Shown here: one piece after another, positions 40,283 to 51,688 of the stretch | How positions within the stretch are numbered: position 1 is the stretch's first letter | Layout: each line of letters starts with the position of its first letter | IMG/VR virus record: IMGVR_UViG_3300022555_000024 | Location: 48,340 to 112,339 of that record | Strand: one strand, 5' to 3' | Origin: a virus | Length of the DNA: 64,000 nucleotides | Notes under the pieces: generated by a model | Seen by the model: only the letters and a program-made list of their open reading frames with translations | Database searches by the model: none | What the model was told of the DNA's origin: nothing | Position numbers and translations under genes: made by a program

Positions 40283-41077
40283 ATGAAATTTAGAGTAGCC
40301 AGTGATTTACATTTAGAATTTAGATCATCATATCTTGATGATGTTCTGTTTTTACCAGATCTTCAAGATGATAAAGAAACTTGTTTAATTCTTGCTGGAG
40401 ATATAGGACTTCTATATGACCCAAGAACATATGCAAAATTTATGAAACATAGTTCTGAACAATTTAAAAATATTTTTTGGATTGGAGGTAATCACGAATG
40501 GTATCATAGCAATATAGATAAAATTAATATCAAAATGGCTATAGATGATCTTGCTTTATCAAATATTTATACAGAACGTTTAGTTTTGGAAGAAGAACGC
40601 ATTTTTATAATTGGATATACTTTATGGACTAATTTTGATAATGAAGATCAAGATTCTATGCTTATTGCGCAAAGATATATGAGTGATTTTCATATTATCG
40701 AAACAAGCAACGATATTGACTCCAAAACTAGTATATTAAAGCCACGAGAAACCTTGGTATTTCATAGAGAGCAGCTAGAAAGTATATTTTATGGAGTAGA
40801 TCATTATTCTAAATTGGGATATAAGTGCATTGTGGTTTCGCATCATCAACCATCTTTAAATGGTATACAAAAAGAATTTCAAGGGGATCGAATGAATGGA
40901 GCATTTGCTTCTGATTTAGATGAAAAAATAAAAAAACATAACATAGAATATTGGATAGCAGGCCATACTCATTCTATGCAAAAATATATGATAGGTAACA
41001 CGAAGGTTATTACAAATCCACTTGGATATCCTTCAGAAGATACCGGATTTGATCCAACTTTAACGTTTGAATTATGA
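40283..41077 (+). CDS. calcineurin-like metallophosphoesterase
   Basis: SDLHLE, LAGDI, GNHE, SHH, GHTH, NPLGY. Confidence 0.9.
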   Translation: MKFRVASDLHLEFRSSYLDDVLFLPDLQDDKETCLILAGDIGLLYDPRTYAKFMKHSSEQFKNIFWIGGNHEWYHSNIDKINIKMAIDDLALSNIYTERLVLEEERIFIIGYTLWTNFDNEDQDSMLIAQRYMSDFHIIETSNDIDSKTSILKPRETLVFHREQLESIFYGVDHYSKLGYKCIVVSHHQPSLNGIQKEFQGDRMNGAFASDLDEKIKKHNIEYWIAGHTHSMQKYMIGNTKVITNPLGYPSEDTGFDPTLTFEL

Positions 41078-41650
41078 TATACTTTTTCTTGGGTACGCTT
41101 GTTGGGCTTGCAACTATTTATATGACTATAACATCATATAAAGAAGGGTTGGATAACTATTTTAAACATATTAAAGAATTCCCAAATCGACCTTAATAAT
41201 TATAAAATGAGAAGAAATATAAAATTTAGAGTTTGGGATAAAGAACTACAAGGTATGCTTTTTTGGGATAAATGCATATAATTGAAAAGGGATATGCCTA
41301 TGATGAACCCTCAAGCATTTTTTTTTACATAGTAACATATAGAATAGAAACTAATTCAGAGTATAAGGAAAGAATAGAAGAGTTGCAAAGAATAGATGAA
41401 AAGAAGAGCGAAAGAGAGAAACAAAGAGAGAAAGAAAAAAAGACACGAGAATACAATCAATACTTGATACTTAAAGAAAAATACGAATGATTATTACCAC
41501 AGGAGTAAGGAATGTAACATTGATGTTACCAATATTTGTATTGGTGTTAGAATGTGCATATCCAGTTTTAACAAAAACATTTTCTTATACAATGGACAGG
41601 ATAATTCTGTTTACAGCAATTATTGGAATTATTATTTTACTTTTTATTAA

Positions 41651-42214
41651 ATGAGAATTTTTTATGATACAGAATTTTTAGAAGATGGTAAAACCATTGA
41701 ATTAATTTCTATTGGTCTTATTAGAGAAGATGGTAAGGAACTCTATCTTATAAACAAAGAAATGGAAATAGATAGAATCTTTAGAGACGATTGGGTTCGC
41801 GAAAACGTTCTTCACGATATTTTTCATGACATGTTAATTGGTTATACAGAAGCAGGCGGCGACATAACAAATTTTTATTTTAGGAAACTTGATTTTTGGT
41901 ATCTTCTTCAGGAATATGGAAATACTAAAAATGAAATCTGTGAAGAAATATTAAAATTTGTAGGAAAGAACCCTATTTTTTATGCAGATACGTGTGCTTA
42001 TGATCACGTTGTCTTATGTCAGTTATTCGGGAAGATGATAGATATTCCAAAGGGGTGGAGATATTATACCCGAGACATTAGACAAACTATAGATGAACTT
42101 AAATTTGATACATCTAAAGTTCATAATTTAAATGAGCACAATGCATTATCTGATGCTAAGAATTGTTTTGAGATATGGAAAGAGTTGGAAAAAATTAAAA
42201 ATATAAAAATATAA
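41651..42214 (+). CDS. DEDD 3'-5' exoribonuclease (Rv2179c/DUF5051-like)
   Basis: FYDTEF, LISIG, AYDHV, HNALSDA. Confidence 0.85.
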   Translation: MRIFYDTEFLEDGKTIELISIGLIREDGKELYLINKEMEIDRIFRDDWVRENVLHDIFHDMLIGYTEAGGDITNFYFRKLDFWYLLQEYGNTKNEICEEILKFVGKNPIFYADTCAYDHVVLCQLFGKMIDIPKGWRYYTRDIRQTIDELKFDTSKVHNLNEHNALSDAKNCFEIWKELEKIKNIKI

Positions 42215-42480
42215 AAATATGGCAAACAAAGATTGGGAATTAATTTCCTACAATCAGTCTGTAGAATTCAACAAAAACGTTAATGGAATAGAGGAAGAGA
42301 GGTTTTTAACACGAGAAGAAGGAGATAGCATTGATAGATTCCTTTCGGTACTCGCTTCTTATTATATGGTACTTGCAGCAGGTAAAACGGTAGAAGAAAT
42401 ATCTGTATTTGCTAAAGTACCAAAGAAAACAGCAGAAGCAATTTTAGGCTTTGTTGATATTCTAAATGAAATTGTTGTAG

Positions 42481-43284
42481 ATGTACAATAATCAATTTGT
42501 AGTTCAATCGAATTTGATTGATATTGAAAAACAAAAATGTCTAGCACAAGCTGTTATTGATAGCGGTTTTAAATTGTTTGAAATTCAGGTGATTCCATTT
42601 ACAACAGATGTTGTTTTTCCTTTTAAAGAACCAGATCATCAATTTCCAATAATTCCTATCGGTTCAACTAAGTTGATAAAGATATCAAGGGATAATAATT
42701 GGTCTGGTCTTTTCTATAATGAAAATTTCAAAATGAGTGTTTTCAATGCTAATAGAAAAGATATGTTAAATCAGGATGCTGTATTTGTTTCTGTTAAAAC
42801 AATGAAAGAAACTACAAATATTAATGACTATAAGAAAGAAGAAAATGTGTTTGTTAAACCAGACGAAGACCTGAAGGAATTTTCTGGTGTAGTTACGACA
42901 TGTGAAGAACTCTTTGATTGGCAAAATAGTAAAGATAATAACAATCCAGATCTTAATGAGAATACTATTATTGCGGTAGCAGAACCTAAAAATATTCATT
43001 ATGAATGGAGATGTTTTGTTGTTGACGGTGAGGTCATAACTGCTACAAAGTATAAGGATCATATCAACAAGGGACATGGTACTGTCATCGGCGATGTTGA
43101 ATTTGATTTGTCGCGGTTTCAAACCTTAGCAGACGTCTGGTTACCTCATAAATGTTGTGTAATGGATATTGCTCAAGTAAAGGAAGGACTTAAAGTGATA
43201 GAATTCAACTGCTTAAACGGTGCTGGATTTTATAATAAAAACGATATTTTGCCTGTAATTAAATCAATAAATCAATACTTTTGA
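42481..43284 (+). CDS. ATP-grasp domain protein (R2K/DUF4343-like)
   Basis: FVKP...KEFSG, EWRCFVV, VMDI, IEFN...AGFY. Confidence 0.8.
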   Translation: MYNNQFVVQSNLIDIEKQKCLAQAVIDSGFKLFEIQVIPFTTDVVFPFKEPDHQFPIIPIGSTKLIKISRDNNWSGLFYNENFKMSVFNANRKDMLNQDAVFVSVKTMKETTNINDYKKEENVFVKPDEDLKEFSGVVTTCEELFDWQNSKDNNNPDLNENTIIAVAEPKNIHYEWRCFVVDGEVITATKYKDHINKGHGTVIGDVEFDLSRFQTLADVWLPHKCCVMDIAQVKEGLKVIEFNCLNGAGFYNKNDILPVIKSINQYF

Positions 43285-43334
43285 TTACTTCTTTTTTGCA
43301 TTCATAGAATTTTTTAATATTTAATGGAGATATA

Positions 43335-44219
43335 ATGATAATAATGAAGTTGAATTTAGATTCTGATTTTAATCCATCTGTAAATCTTGATATTGGGAAT
43401 GCTCAAGATACGATTACTGCCGATTTATTTCAATTTTCTGGTGGAGAGTGGCACATAAAGGTTAATAAATTTCGTCACTATAAAGACTATAAGGTCGTTA
43501 TAACAAACAGATTCAAGGATGGTAATGATTTATTGAAAGTTTTTATTGCTAAAGATGCACTTGAAAGAATGGGTGTTAAGCATTTTGAGCTTATTATGCC
43601 ATATATTCCATATGCAAGGCAGGATAGGCAATGCGCAGAAAGAGAATCTTTTAGTCTCAAAGTTTTTGCTAATCTTTTGAATACTGCTAAATTTGATAAG
43701 GTTACAGTATACGATGCTCATTCTGATGTTGCGCCAGCAATTATAGAAAATTGTGTTAATATTTCCAATACTCGTTTTGTGAGACAAATAATACCTGAAT
43801 TAAAACTCGATAAATTTTTATATCTAGTTTCGCCTGACTCTGGTGCTAATAAGAAAATGAATATTTTATATTCGAAGATGATAACACATTTTGGTATTAA
43901 TTATCCTATAGGATTAATAAAATGTGATAAAAGAAGAAACACACAAGATGGTACTATTGATGGATTTGAAGTATTCTGTGATGATATCAAGGGAGCAAAT
44001 TGTTTGATTGTAGATGACATCATAGATGGCGGAGCAACATTTATTGGAATTGCTAAAGAACTAAAGAAAAAGAATGCTGGTAATATTTATTTGTTCTGTA
44101 CTCATGGAATTTTTTCAAAGGGATTTGATCAATTAAGAATTAGTGGAATACAACATATTTTTTCAACTAATTCTTTTAGTGATAGTAAAGATGAAATTTT
44201 AACTAGATTTTCTATTTAA
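43335..44219 (+). CDS. PRPP-synthetase-like enzyme (candidate ADPR-PP synthetase, Adps)
   Basis: FSGGE, MPYIPYARQDR, DAHS, SPDSGA, IVDDIIDGGATF, THGIFSKG. Confidence 0.88.
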   Translation: MIIMKLNLDSDFNPSVNLDIGNAQDTITADLFQFSGGEWHIKVNKFRHYKDYKVVITNRFKDGNDLLKVFIAKDALERMGVKHFELIMPYIPYARQDRQCAERESFSLKVFANLLNTAKFDKVTVYDAHSDVAPAIIENCVNISNTRFVRQIIPELKLDKFLYLVSPDSGANKKMNILYSKMITHFGINYPIGLIKCDKRRNTQDGTIDGFEVFCDDIKGANCLIVDDIIDGGATFIGIAKELKKKNAGNIYLFCTHGIFSKGFDQLRISGIQHIFSTNSFSDSKDEILTRFSI

Positions 44220-44944
44220 CTCATGGTATATTTTCAAACAAATTTGAGGATTTAGCGAAGTATTTTGAGTTAATTTTTACTACAAACTCAATGAAAGATA
44301 TTAGCAATAATCTTGTTGTTCAATACAAAATCTAAAAGACATGAACTTAAAAGAAGCAATTGAAAGTTATAATGATTCAATCGAATATATTAGAACGTAT
44401 ATCGATGATAATCCTCTTCAAATAGAGGAAGCTAAAAACATTATATAGATAGACATAATTTTCTTCATCCAGATTCGGTATTGAGTGGTACGTTTCCATG
44501 GTTCCATAAAATAGATGGTGATTTGATTGTATTCCATCAGGTTAATGGAGAACATGATGAGTATCTTCATATTGATTTTGTTTATCTATTTGACGAAGAA
44601 TATAAACGGAAATCACATGACGAGCTTATTGAAATAATAAAATGTATAAAATAATGCTAACAGCAACAGAAGCAGCGGAACTAACTATCGAAGTCAAAGG
44701 GTTTACGTAAAAAGGGAAATGGAGGAGATATTAGAGGAAATAAAAGTGCTTGCAAAATATGGTAATCATGTTTATAGATCTAGTATAATATCTAGTTATG
44801 CAATTATAGAATTGAAGAAATTAGGATTTAAAGTTTCAGCTCGTGGAGAGTCTTATAATGAAATGCTTTCTGTTTCTTGGGATCATTTGATATCTACCGA
44901 CTTAAATATCATAGACACAATTAAATTTAAATAATAATAATAAA

Positions 44945-45229
44945 ATGCCATTTTTTAAAAAGAAGCTAGTAATAATAGAAGCAGTTCAATTTAAAACTTT
45001 AGATAGTATTCATGAACTACAGCATTTTATGGGAGATGCATTAATCAATTGGGGGATAGACGATAATTCTGTTGGATGGGTTGAAATTGGTACTCTTGAG
45101 GATGGTGAAGGAGATCACCAGGTTAAACATATTGCTACGGAAGGCGATTTTATTATAAAAGGTGTGGAAGGTGAATTTTATGCCTGTAAATCAGATATTT
45201 TTGAAAAAACTTATATAAATTTATATTGA
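44945..45229 (+). CDS. conserved phage hypothetical protein
   Basis: KK.VIIEAVQF...TLE...GDFIIKGVEGEFYACK.DIFEKTY. Confidence 0.75.
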   Translation: MPFFKKKLVIIEAVQFKTLDSIHELQHFMGDALINWGIDDNSVGWVEIGTLEDGEGDHQVKHIATEGDFIIKGVEGEFYACKSDIFEKTYINLY

Positions 45230-45457
45230 TAGAGAAGATTAGTAAATTCCTACACGAAGAGTGTTGGATGGTATATGCCAATAGATTGATAAAAAACATC
45301 AGAACCAATCGAGGAAACAAAAAAGAGGTGGCAAAAGGATTGCATCATGCCCTATGAGGATTTATCAGAAGTTGAAAAGGAAAAGGATCGTCAGTTCGCA
45401 AGAAAATTACTCGAATTATTGGATAAACATAAGGAAGACACGAGAACTTTAAATTAA
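45226..45457 (+). CDS. small RyR-domain-like protein with apparent homopolymer frameshift at about 45291-45297
   Basis: LHEECW... then, in the next frame, MPYEDLSEVEKEKDRQFA. Confidence 0.5.
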
Positions 45458-45470
45458 TTAACAACACAAA

Positions 45471-45982
45471 ATGATCATGAAATATTATTTCTTTTGGGCC
45501 GGTGAATTTAGCAATTGGAGCTATTCTCCTTTTAAATGTGATTCCATCACATTTAATTGTGGTGAACAGTATATGATGTGGGCTAAAGCGATGGTCTGTG
45601 GTGACGTTCTTACAGCGGGAAAAATTATGGAAGAGCAGCAGCCTATTAATCAGAAAAAGCTTGGAAGACAGATTCAAAATTATGATGAAGCTGCATGGAG
45701 TGCTAACCGATATCATCTCGTGAAGAAGGGCTTAGAGAAAAGTTCTTACAGAATTCAAAACACATGGATGCATTAAAAAATCATAATGATAAGATAATCG
45801 TAGAGGCTTCTCCGAATGATAGGATTTGGGGAATCGGTTATAGTGAAAAATACGCCATAGAAAATATTGATAATTGGGGAGAGAATTTGCTTGGAAAGAT
45901 AATTACAGAGCTTGCCTCTGAGTTGACTAAAGCTACTCCATTACCTTTAGATTGGAAAGATCGTCCTGAACTTTGTAAATAA
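45471..45982 (+). CDS. NADAR-family protein, split by 1-nt frameshift at about 45729
   Basis: FSNW, EQYMM..KA, KKLGR; corrected junction GLREKFLQN joins EASPNDRIWGIG...GENLLG. Confidence 0.85.
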
Positions 45983-46004
45983 TATCATTTAAATTGAATA
46001 AATT

Positions 46005-47612
46005 ATGAAAATAAGACCATTACACCTGATAGACGGGTACAAAGTTGGTCACCGTGATCAATACCCAGATGGAACAAACTATGTTTACTCAAATTTGACT
46101 TTCAGAAAAAGCCGTGTGAAAGATGTTAACTATGTTGTGGCATTTGGATTCCAATACCTCAAGAAAGAGTATTTAATAGATCTTTGGAACAAAGAATTCT
46201 TCTTTCAACCAAAAGCAAAGGTTGTATCAGAATACAAGCGTATACTTGCAAATTATCTTGGAAATCCTAATATTCGAGTAGATCATGTAGAAGCATTACA
46301 TGACCTAGGTTATTTGCCAATAAAGATTAAAGCTATCAAGGAAGGAACTCTAGTACCAATTGGTGTTCCATTGTTTACTATTGTTAACACTCATCCAGAT
46401 TTTTTCTGGTTAACTAACTACCTTGAGACTCTCCTGAGTAATATTCTCTGGAAGCCGATTACTTCCGCCACGACTGCATTCGAATACAGGAAGAGATTTG
46501 AGCAGTATGTGTCTCTTACCGGCTATGCAAAAGAGTTTGTTATTTGGCAGGGACATGATTTTAGCTTTCGGGGTATGTCAGGCATTGAAGATGCTGTAAT
46601 GAGTGGTGCAGGACATTTATTGTCGTTCTCAGGAACAGATACCATCCCGGCCATCGACTTCATAGAAGATTATTATGGCGCTAATTCTGATGAAGAGCTT
46701 ATAGGTGGTTCAGTCAACGCAACAGAGCATTCTGTGATGTGTTTGGGTATGAAAGATGGTGAGATAGGAACAATTAAGCGTTTGATTGATATTGTTTATC
46801 CTTCTGGAATTGTTTCTATTGTTTCTGATACATGGGATTTATGGAAAGTTTTGACTGAATATTTGCCTACTCTTAAAAACGACATTCTTGCACGCGACGG
46901 TCGTGTTGTTGTTCGTCCAGACTCTGGTGATCCTACAGAGATAATATGTGGTGTAAACATAAAGCATTTTGATAATATGAGCGGCGCAGAATTCTTTTTT
47001 TCCAATAACATGAATGGATGTCGTTTATTCTCTATTAATGGAGTTAATGGAGTTTATGAGGTTCAGTCTCATACAGGAACCGATTTTGTTGTTAAGGAAG
47101 TTGAATTGTCACCAGCAGAGAAGGGTGCATATCAGCTTCTCTGGGAAACTTTTAGTGGAACAATCAATGATAAAGGTTACAAAGAGTTGAATGGTAAGGT
47201 TGGTTTGATCTACGGAGATTCCATCACTTTGGATAGACAGAAGATGATTCTTGAAAAGTTAGAAGCAAAAGGATTCTCTGCGAGTAACTTAGTTCTTGGA
47301 ATTGGTAGCTTCACGTACGAATATGTTACCAGAGACACTTTTGGAGGCGCTATGAAGGCTACATGGGGTGTTGTCAATGGAGAAGAAAGGGAAATTTTCA
47401 AAGACCCCATCACAGATTCAGGTTTCAAGAAGTCGGCTAAAGGTCTTCTGAAGGTTTACAAAGATGAATTTGGTACATTGAAATTTAAGGATCAGTGTAC
47501 TAAAGAAGAAGAAAATGAAGGAGAGTTACAAGTTATTTTTGAGGATAGTGTTTTATATAATGACACAACTTTTAAAGAAGTCAGAGAAACACTTTTAGGA
47601 AACTTAAAATAA
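46005..47612 (+). CDS. nicotinamide phosphoribosyltransferase-like enzyme (candidate Namat)
   Basis: DGYKVGH..QYP, HDFSFRG, ATEHSVM, SIVSDTWD, RPDSGDP, IYGDSIT, KDPITD. Confidence 0.92.
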   Translation: MKIRPLHLIDGYKVGHRDQYPDGTNYVYSNLTFRKSRVKDVNYVVAFGFQYLKKEYLIDLWNKEFFFQPKAKVVSEYKRILANYLGNPNIRVDHVEALHDLGYLPIKIKAIKEGTLVPIGVPLFTIVNTHPDFFWLTNYLETLLSNILWKPITSATTAFEYRKRFEQYVSLTGYAKEFVIWQGHDFSFRGMSGIEDAVMSGAGHLLSFSGTDTIPAIDFIEDYYGANSDEELIGGSVNATEHSVMCLGMKDGEIGTIKRLIDIVYPSGIVSIVSDTWDLWKVLTEYLPTLKNDILARDGRVVVRPDSGDPTEIICGVNIKHFDNMSGAEFFFSNNMNGCRLFSINGVNGVYEVQSHTGTDFVVKEVELSPAEKGAYQLLWETFSGTINDKGYKELNGKVGLIYGDSITLDRQKMILEKLEAKGFSASNLVLGIGSFTYEYVTRDTFGGAMKATWGVVNGEEREIFKDPITDSGFKKSAKGLLKVYKDEFGTLKFKDQCTKEEENEGELQVIFEDSVLYNDTTFKEVRETLLGNLK

Positions 47613-47635
47613 TTTGAGGTAGCAGCAAAGAACAA

Positions 47636-47682
47636 AAACTAAAACGTAGTAACTATAATCAATCATTACTACGTTTTAGTTT
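47636..47682. terminator. 17-bp inverted repeat between NAMPT-like gene and tRNA-like RNA
   Basis: AAACTAAAACGTAGTAA ... TTACTACGTTTTAGTTT. Confidence 0.65.
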
Positions 47683-47684
47683 GT

Positions 47685-47801
47685 GTGAGTGTAGCATAAT
47701 GGTTATGCCTCTCTTGCCCAGGGAGCTTCAACGGTTGAAGGTAGCTAACAGCTATTAAATGGTTCGACTCCAGAATTGAGGTTCGATTCCTCTCACTCAT
47801 A
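47685..47801 (+). ncRNA. tRNA-like RNA with three extra hairpins in the variable region
   Basis: GTGAGTG/CACTCAT-A acceptor, GCAT/ATGC D stem, CTCTC-TTGCCCA-GGGAG arm, GAGG-TTCGATT-CCTC T arm. Confidence 0.7.
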
Positions 47802-47964
47802 CAATTAAACGGCAAGTCAATAAACTTGCAACATAATAAGTACAAATTTAGTTTATTATAAAAATGTCTTTTTGATTATATAAATCGTACGGGTAATAAG
47901 GACATGGAGTTTGGTTCTATAGTAAGAGATGGAAAGAAAAAAGATTGTTTTTTACGAGAAACAA

Positions 47965-48584
47965 TTAAAATAAAAAATATTTCTTTGTTACTATTTATTG
48001 TGTTATATTATACTATAAGAAAAATGTATGAACCAAACAAAATGCGATATACTATGAAATATATAATTGTTTTTTATAGGGTAGAATCAGATGGACCAAG
48101 TTATTATAAAGACAAATATCAACCCTGGCTTTTAACAAGAGAAGATGCTACTGTTTTTGATGATAATGGAAAAACATTTGATGAAGTAAATCGCAGATTA
48201 TTTAATAATTCAGAAAGAGGTTGGTTGTCAATGCGAAATTATATAACCGATGAAAACATAAAAAATGTAGTATTATGACACAATTAACAAATGGAGAAAT
48301 GACAAATCAAGAAGCTTTAGAGAAACTTGGTTATAGTTTTAATGAAACATGTTGTAGTAATTGTGGTTTTTATGACTATAGCGATGGTGGAGATCGTTAT
48401 GAACCTTCACATAACTGTTATTATTTGAGGATATCTGGGATTTATTCCGTGTTAAAGGTAAATCCTGACGGTTGTTGTAAGTTCTTCCAGAAAAAGGATA
48501 AAAATAATAATCTTATAGAAAAATTTTGGAATAGTTTAAAATAAAAAATATTTCTTTGTTACTATTTATTGTGTTATATTATAC
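47965..48584 (+). repeat. 49-bp exact direct repeat (47965-48013, 48536-48584), probable duplicated promoter
   Basis: ttaaaataaaaaatatttctttgttactatttattgtgttatattatac twice, each upstream of ORFs. Confidence 0.8.
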
Positions 48585-49506
48585 GAACTAAAACTATAAA
48601 TTATAAAAAAATGAAATTAGGTAATTGTGATGGTCTTTCAGAGACTGATATTCGTGCTCTAAGTCACGAAGAATTGATTGAAGTCGTTCTTCATATGTTA
48701 GATGTTGATGTGGTTAAAGCAGAAGATTACATTGGTTCAGTTGTTTTAGTCGATTCTGTAGTTGATGCATTAAGAAATAGAATATAATACGTAAAAATCT
48801 TTTAATCTTATAATATTATGAAAAGGTGGATCAATTTTATCATATCTAATTCCATTATTTTTTATGGAGCTTACTTAGGAATCTATGAGAATAATATTAT
48901 AGCATCTAGATTAATATTATTTTACGTATGGTTTGCGGTTATCATAGGTTCATTAGCTCTTTTATCTTATGAAGAGTCTATAAAAGTTACACCAAAAAAT
49001 ATTAGAAGCAATGTTTTTAGATATGTTGATAATTTTTCAAATGTAATTTTTATAACTTTGTTAGTTGGTGGAGGTTGGATTTGGACAGCTTCATTTTACA
49101 CATTAGTAACACTGACATTGCAAATATTGTGGTTTAATGCAGAAGAATCGTATAAAAATCCTTTAATAACAAAATAATTATTATTATATTATGTCATACA
49201 CTTCACCAGAGTACAATGAAGGTTATACCGATGCAAAACTTTCAAGACCACGAAAATATGCATATTCTATTTTACACGGAGAATATCGTAAAGGGTATAA
49301 TGCGTGGCTTGGTATTGTAGAAGATAAAGATGAATATGTTAAATCATCGTGGGAAGAATCTTGCGATGGTGAAAAATCTTCTAATATCGAAAACGAAGAA
49401 TCATCTAAAACCGTGGAAGAAGATTTTTCACCATCAGGCGGAAGCTTCGGCGGCGGTGGATCAACCGATGATTGGTCTTCCGATTCTTCTGATTCTAATG
49501 ATTAAA

Positions 49507-50235
49507 ATGAACAATACCATAAAGGATTTTTATAACGGCTATTGCTATCCAAATCCAAGTAAATATATTTGCAAGCCCGAAGCAAAATTTAAACATGGTA
49601 GCGGTACTATTGGCACTGGACATATAGGTAAGAATATTCTTGTAGTTGGATGTGGTTCTGTTTTAGCTGTTATGGCTGCAAACACAAACCCGCAATCATA
49701 TGTTGTGGGTTTAGATATATCAGAAACGCAGATAGCTATATCAAAATCTACTAAAAGAAAATATAAAATTAAGAATGTTCAGCATCATGTCGCTGATATT
49801 TGTACCATTGGCAGCCATACAAAATTTGATATTATCGATGCAACCGGCGTTCTTCATCATATAGAAGATCTATATTTAGCTTTAGATAATATAGTATCTC
49901 TTATGAATTCCAATGGTACATTTGTTGGTATGGTATATTCAGATAAAAGACCAAGAGAAATAAGACATAGAGTAGATTTCTTTAGGAAAATGGAATTCAC
50001 ACCAAAAGATGTGCGTTTATGGATGTGCAATAGAGAACATTCCCAAGCAGTTTTATCGTGGTTTAATGGATATGAAAATTCTGATCAAGAAATTGCAGAT
50101 ACTTGGTTGAACCCATATTTTAAGGAATATAGTGAGATTAAATGGAAAGAAATTTTAAATTCAGTTGGGTTTGACAAAGTTCATATTGAGTATAATAACT
50201 TAGGAACTAATTTATTGTTTAAAGCGTCAAGATGA
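49507..50235 (+). CDS. class I SAM-dependent methyltransferase
   Basis: ILVVGCGS, GLDIS, FDII.ATGVLHH, GMVYS. Confidence 0.85.
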   Translation: MNNTIKDFYNGYCYPNPSKYICKPEAKFKHGSGTIGTGHIGKNILVVGCGSVLAVMAANTNPQSYVVGLDISETQIAISKSTKRKYKIKNVQHHVADICTIGSHTKFDIIDATGVLHHIEDLYLALDNIVSLMNSNGTFVGMVYSDKRPREIRHRVDFFRKMEFTPKDVRLWMCNREHSQAVLSWFNGYENSDQEIADTWLNPYFKEYSEIKWKEILNSVGFDKVHIEYNNLGTNLLFKASR

Positions 50236-50618
50236 TTGATTTCAATATTATATTAATTATACTTATAGCGCATTTTATAGGAGACTTTGTATTACAGTCT
50301 GATAAAATTGCCTCTAATAAATCAAAAAATAGTGAAATCCTTTATGTTCATTGTTGGTTATATTCAATTCCATTTTATGTTTCGGGAACTATAATACCTA
50401 TAATTGATTCTAAATGGAATTCTAAAGAATGCATTTTATTTGGTCTATGGATTCTTTTTAATATACATTTTCATTTTGTGATTGATTACGTGACATCAAG
50501 AATAACGTCTAAGTTATGGGTAAATAATAAAAGACATTTGTTTTTTACTGCTATAGGTGCAGATCAACTCATACACTATATCGTACTTTTAGTAACGTAT
50601 AAAGAAATGTTTAAATGA
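50232..50618 (+). CDS. DUF3307 membrane protein
   Basis: AHFIGDFVLQ...H...HFVID...DQLIH. Confidence 0.85.
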   Translation: MIDFNIILIILIAHFIGDFVLQSDKIASNKSKNSEILYVHCWLYSIPFYVSGTIIPIIDSKWNSKECILFGLWILFNIHFHFVIDYVTSRITSKLWVNNKRHLFFTAIGADQLIHYIVLLVTYKEMFK

Positions 50619-50874
50619 ACGATAACAAAAATTATATCATCAAAAAAATAGAATTGCCATGGTCATTCATTTCATTCACTATTAAGAAGAGAAATGGGAT
50701 TCTTGATAAATCTATATACAAATTAGGTTTAGAATATAGACACTATCGATCTGTAAAAGAAAAGGCTATTTCTAAACCAGAGATGTGGAATACAAATTTA
50801 GCAAATAATCATCAATTTACGTTTGACCTTTTTAAAATACAGGGTTGGATAATAATTAAAATAAAAGGAAAATT

Positions 50875-51282
50875 ATGAGTGCTGGAAAAGAAGCAAGATG
50901 GGAACAAACATTTAGTTTAATGGAAAAAACTGGAAATCCATCTAAATTATTTGCAAGTTATCCTGGGATGACGTTTACAGAAAAGAGAAAAGTTTGGTTT
51001 AATATTCCAGCATTTTTGTTTGGTTTATTTTATTACATATATTTAGGAATGTGGAGGAAAGCACTTGTATATTTTGGATTCATTTTAGCTAGTTATTTCA
51101 TAACATCATTTCTATTCGGAGCAGTTTTAGGGATATTATTTGGATCTGAAGCATATTCTTATGTAAATAGTTTTGATTCTTTATGGAATATCATTGAAAC
51201 TGTATGGTGGGTTGTATTTGCTGTAAGAGTTAATTCAGATTATTACAAAAAAGTTAAATTGAGTGACGAGGGTTGGTTGTAA
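50875..51282 (+). CDS. DUF2628-like membrane protein
   Basis: FNIPAFLFGLFYYIYLGMWRKA. Confidence 0.75.
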   Translation: MSAGKEARWEQTFSLMEKTGNPSKLFASYPGMTFTEKRKVWFNIPAFLFGLFYYIYLGMWRKALVYFGFILASYFITSFLFGAVLGILFGSEAYSYVNSFDSLWNIIETVWWVVFAVRVNSDYYKKVKLSDEGWL

Positions 51283-51688
51283 TATGAGACTTGAATCTAT
51301 TATACAAAAAGAAATGTTAAAATGGACAGGCGATTTAGGTATGGATTATGCAGTTAGAAACACTTTAACAAAAATTCTTAAAGAGTATCTATTAGGAAGT
51401 TATATTTGTAACAAGTGTAATAACTTAACATATCCCGAATCAATTTATTGTAGTCAATGTGGTACAAAATTGGATTTTTTTTTAAATGAAAAAATATAAA
51501 AACAAAATCATTCATGAAAATGTTTCTAATGGGTTTATGTCTGTTCTTAATAACTTAGTAGTTCTTAATAATAAATTTTGGTTAGATAATAGACTTCGTA
51601 CATATTTATTATAATTTTCCTATACAGCAAATTAGAACAGTATATGACGGTTCATATTTATAAAAATATAAAAATATAAAAATTAATC

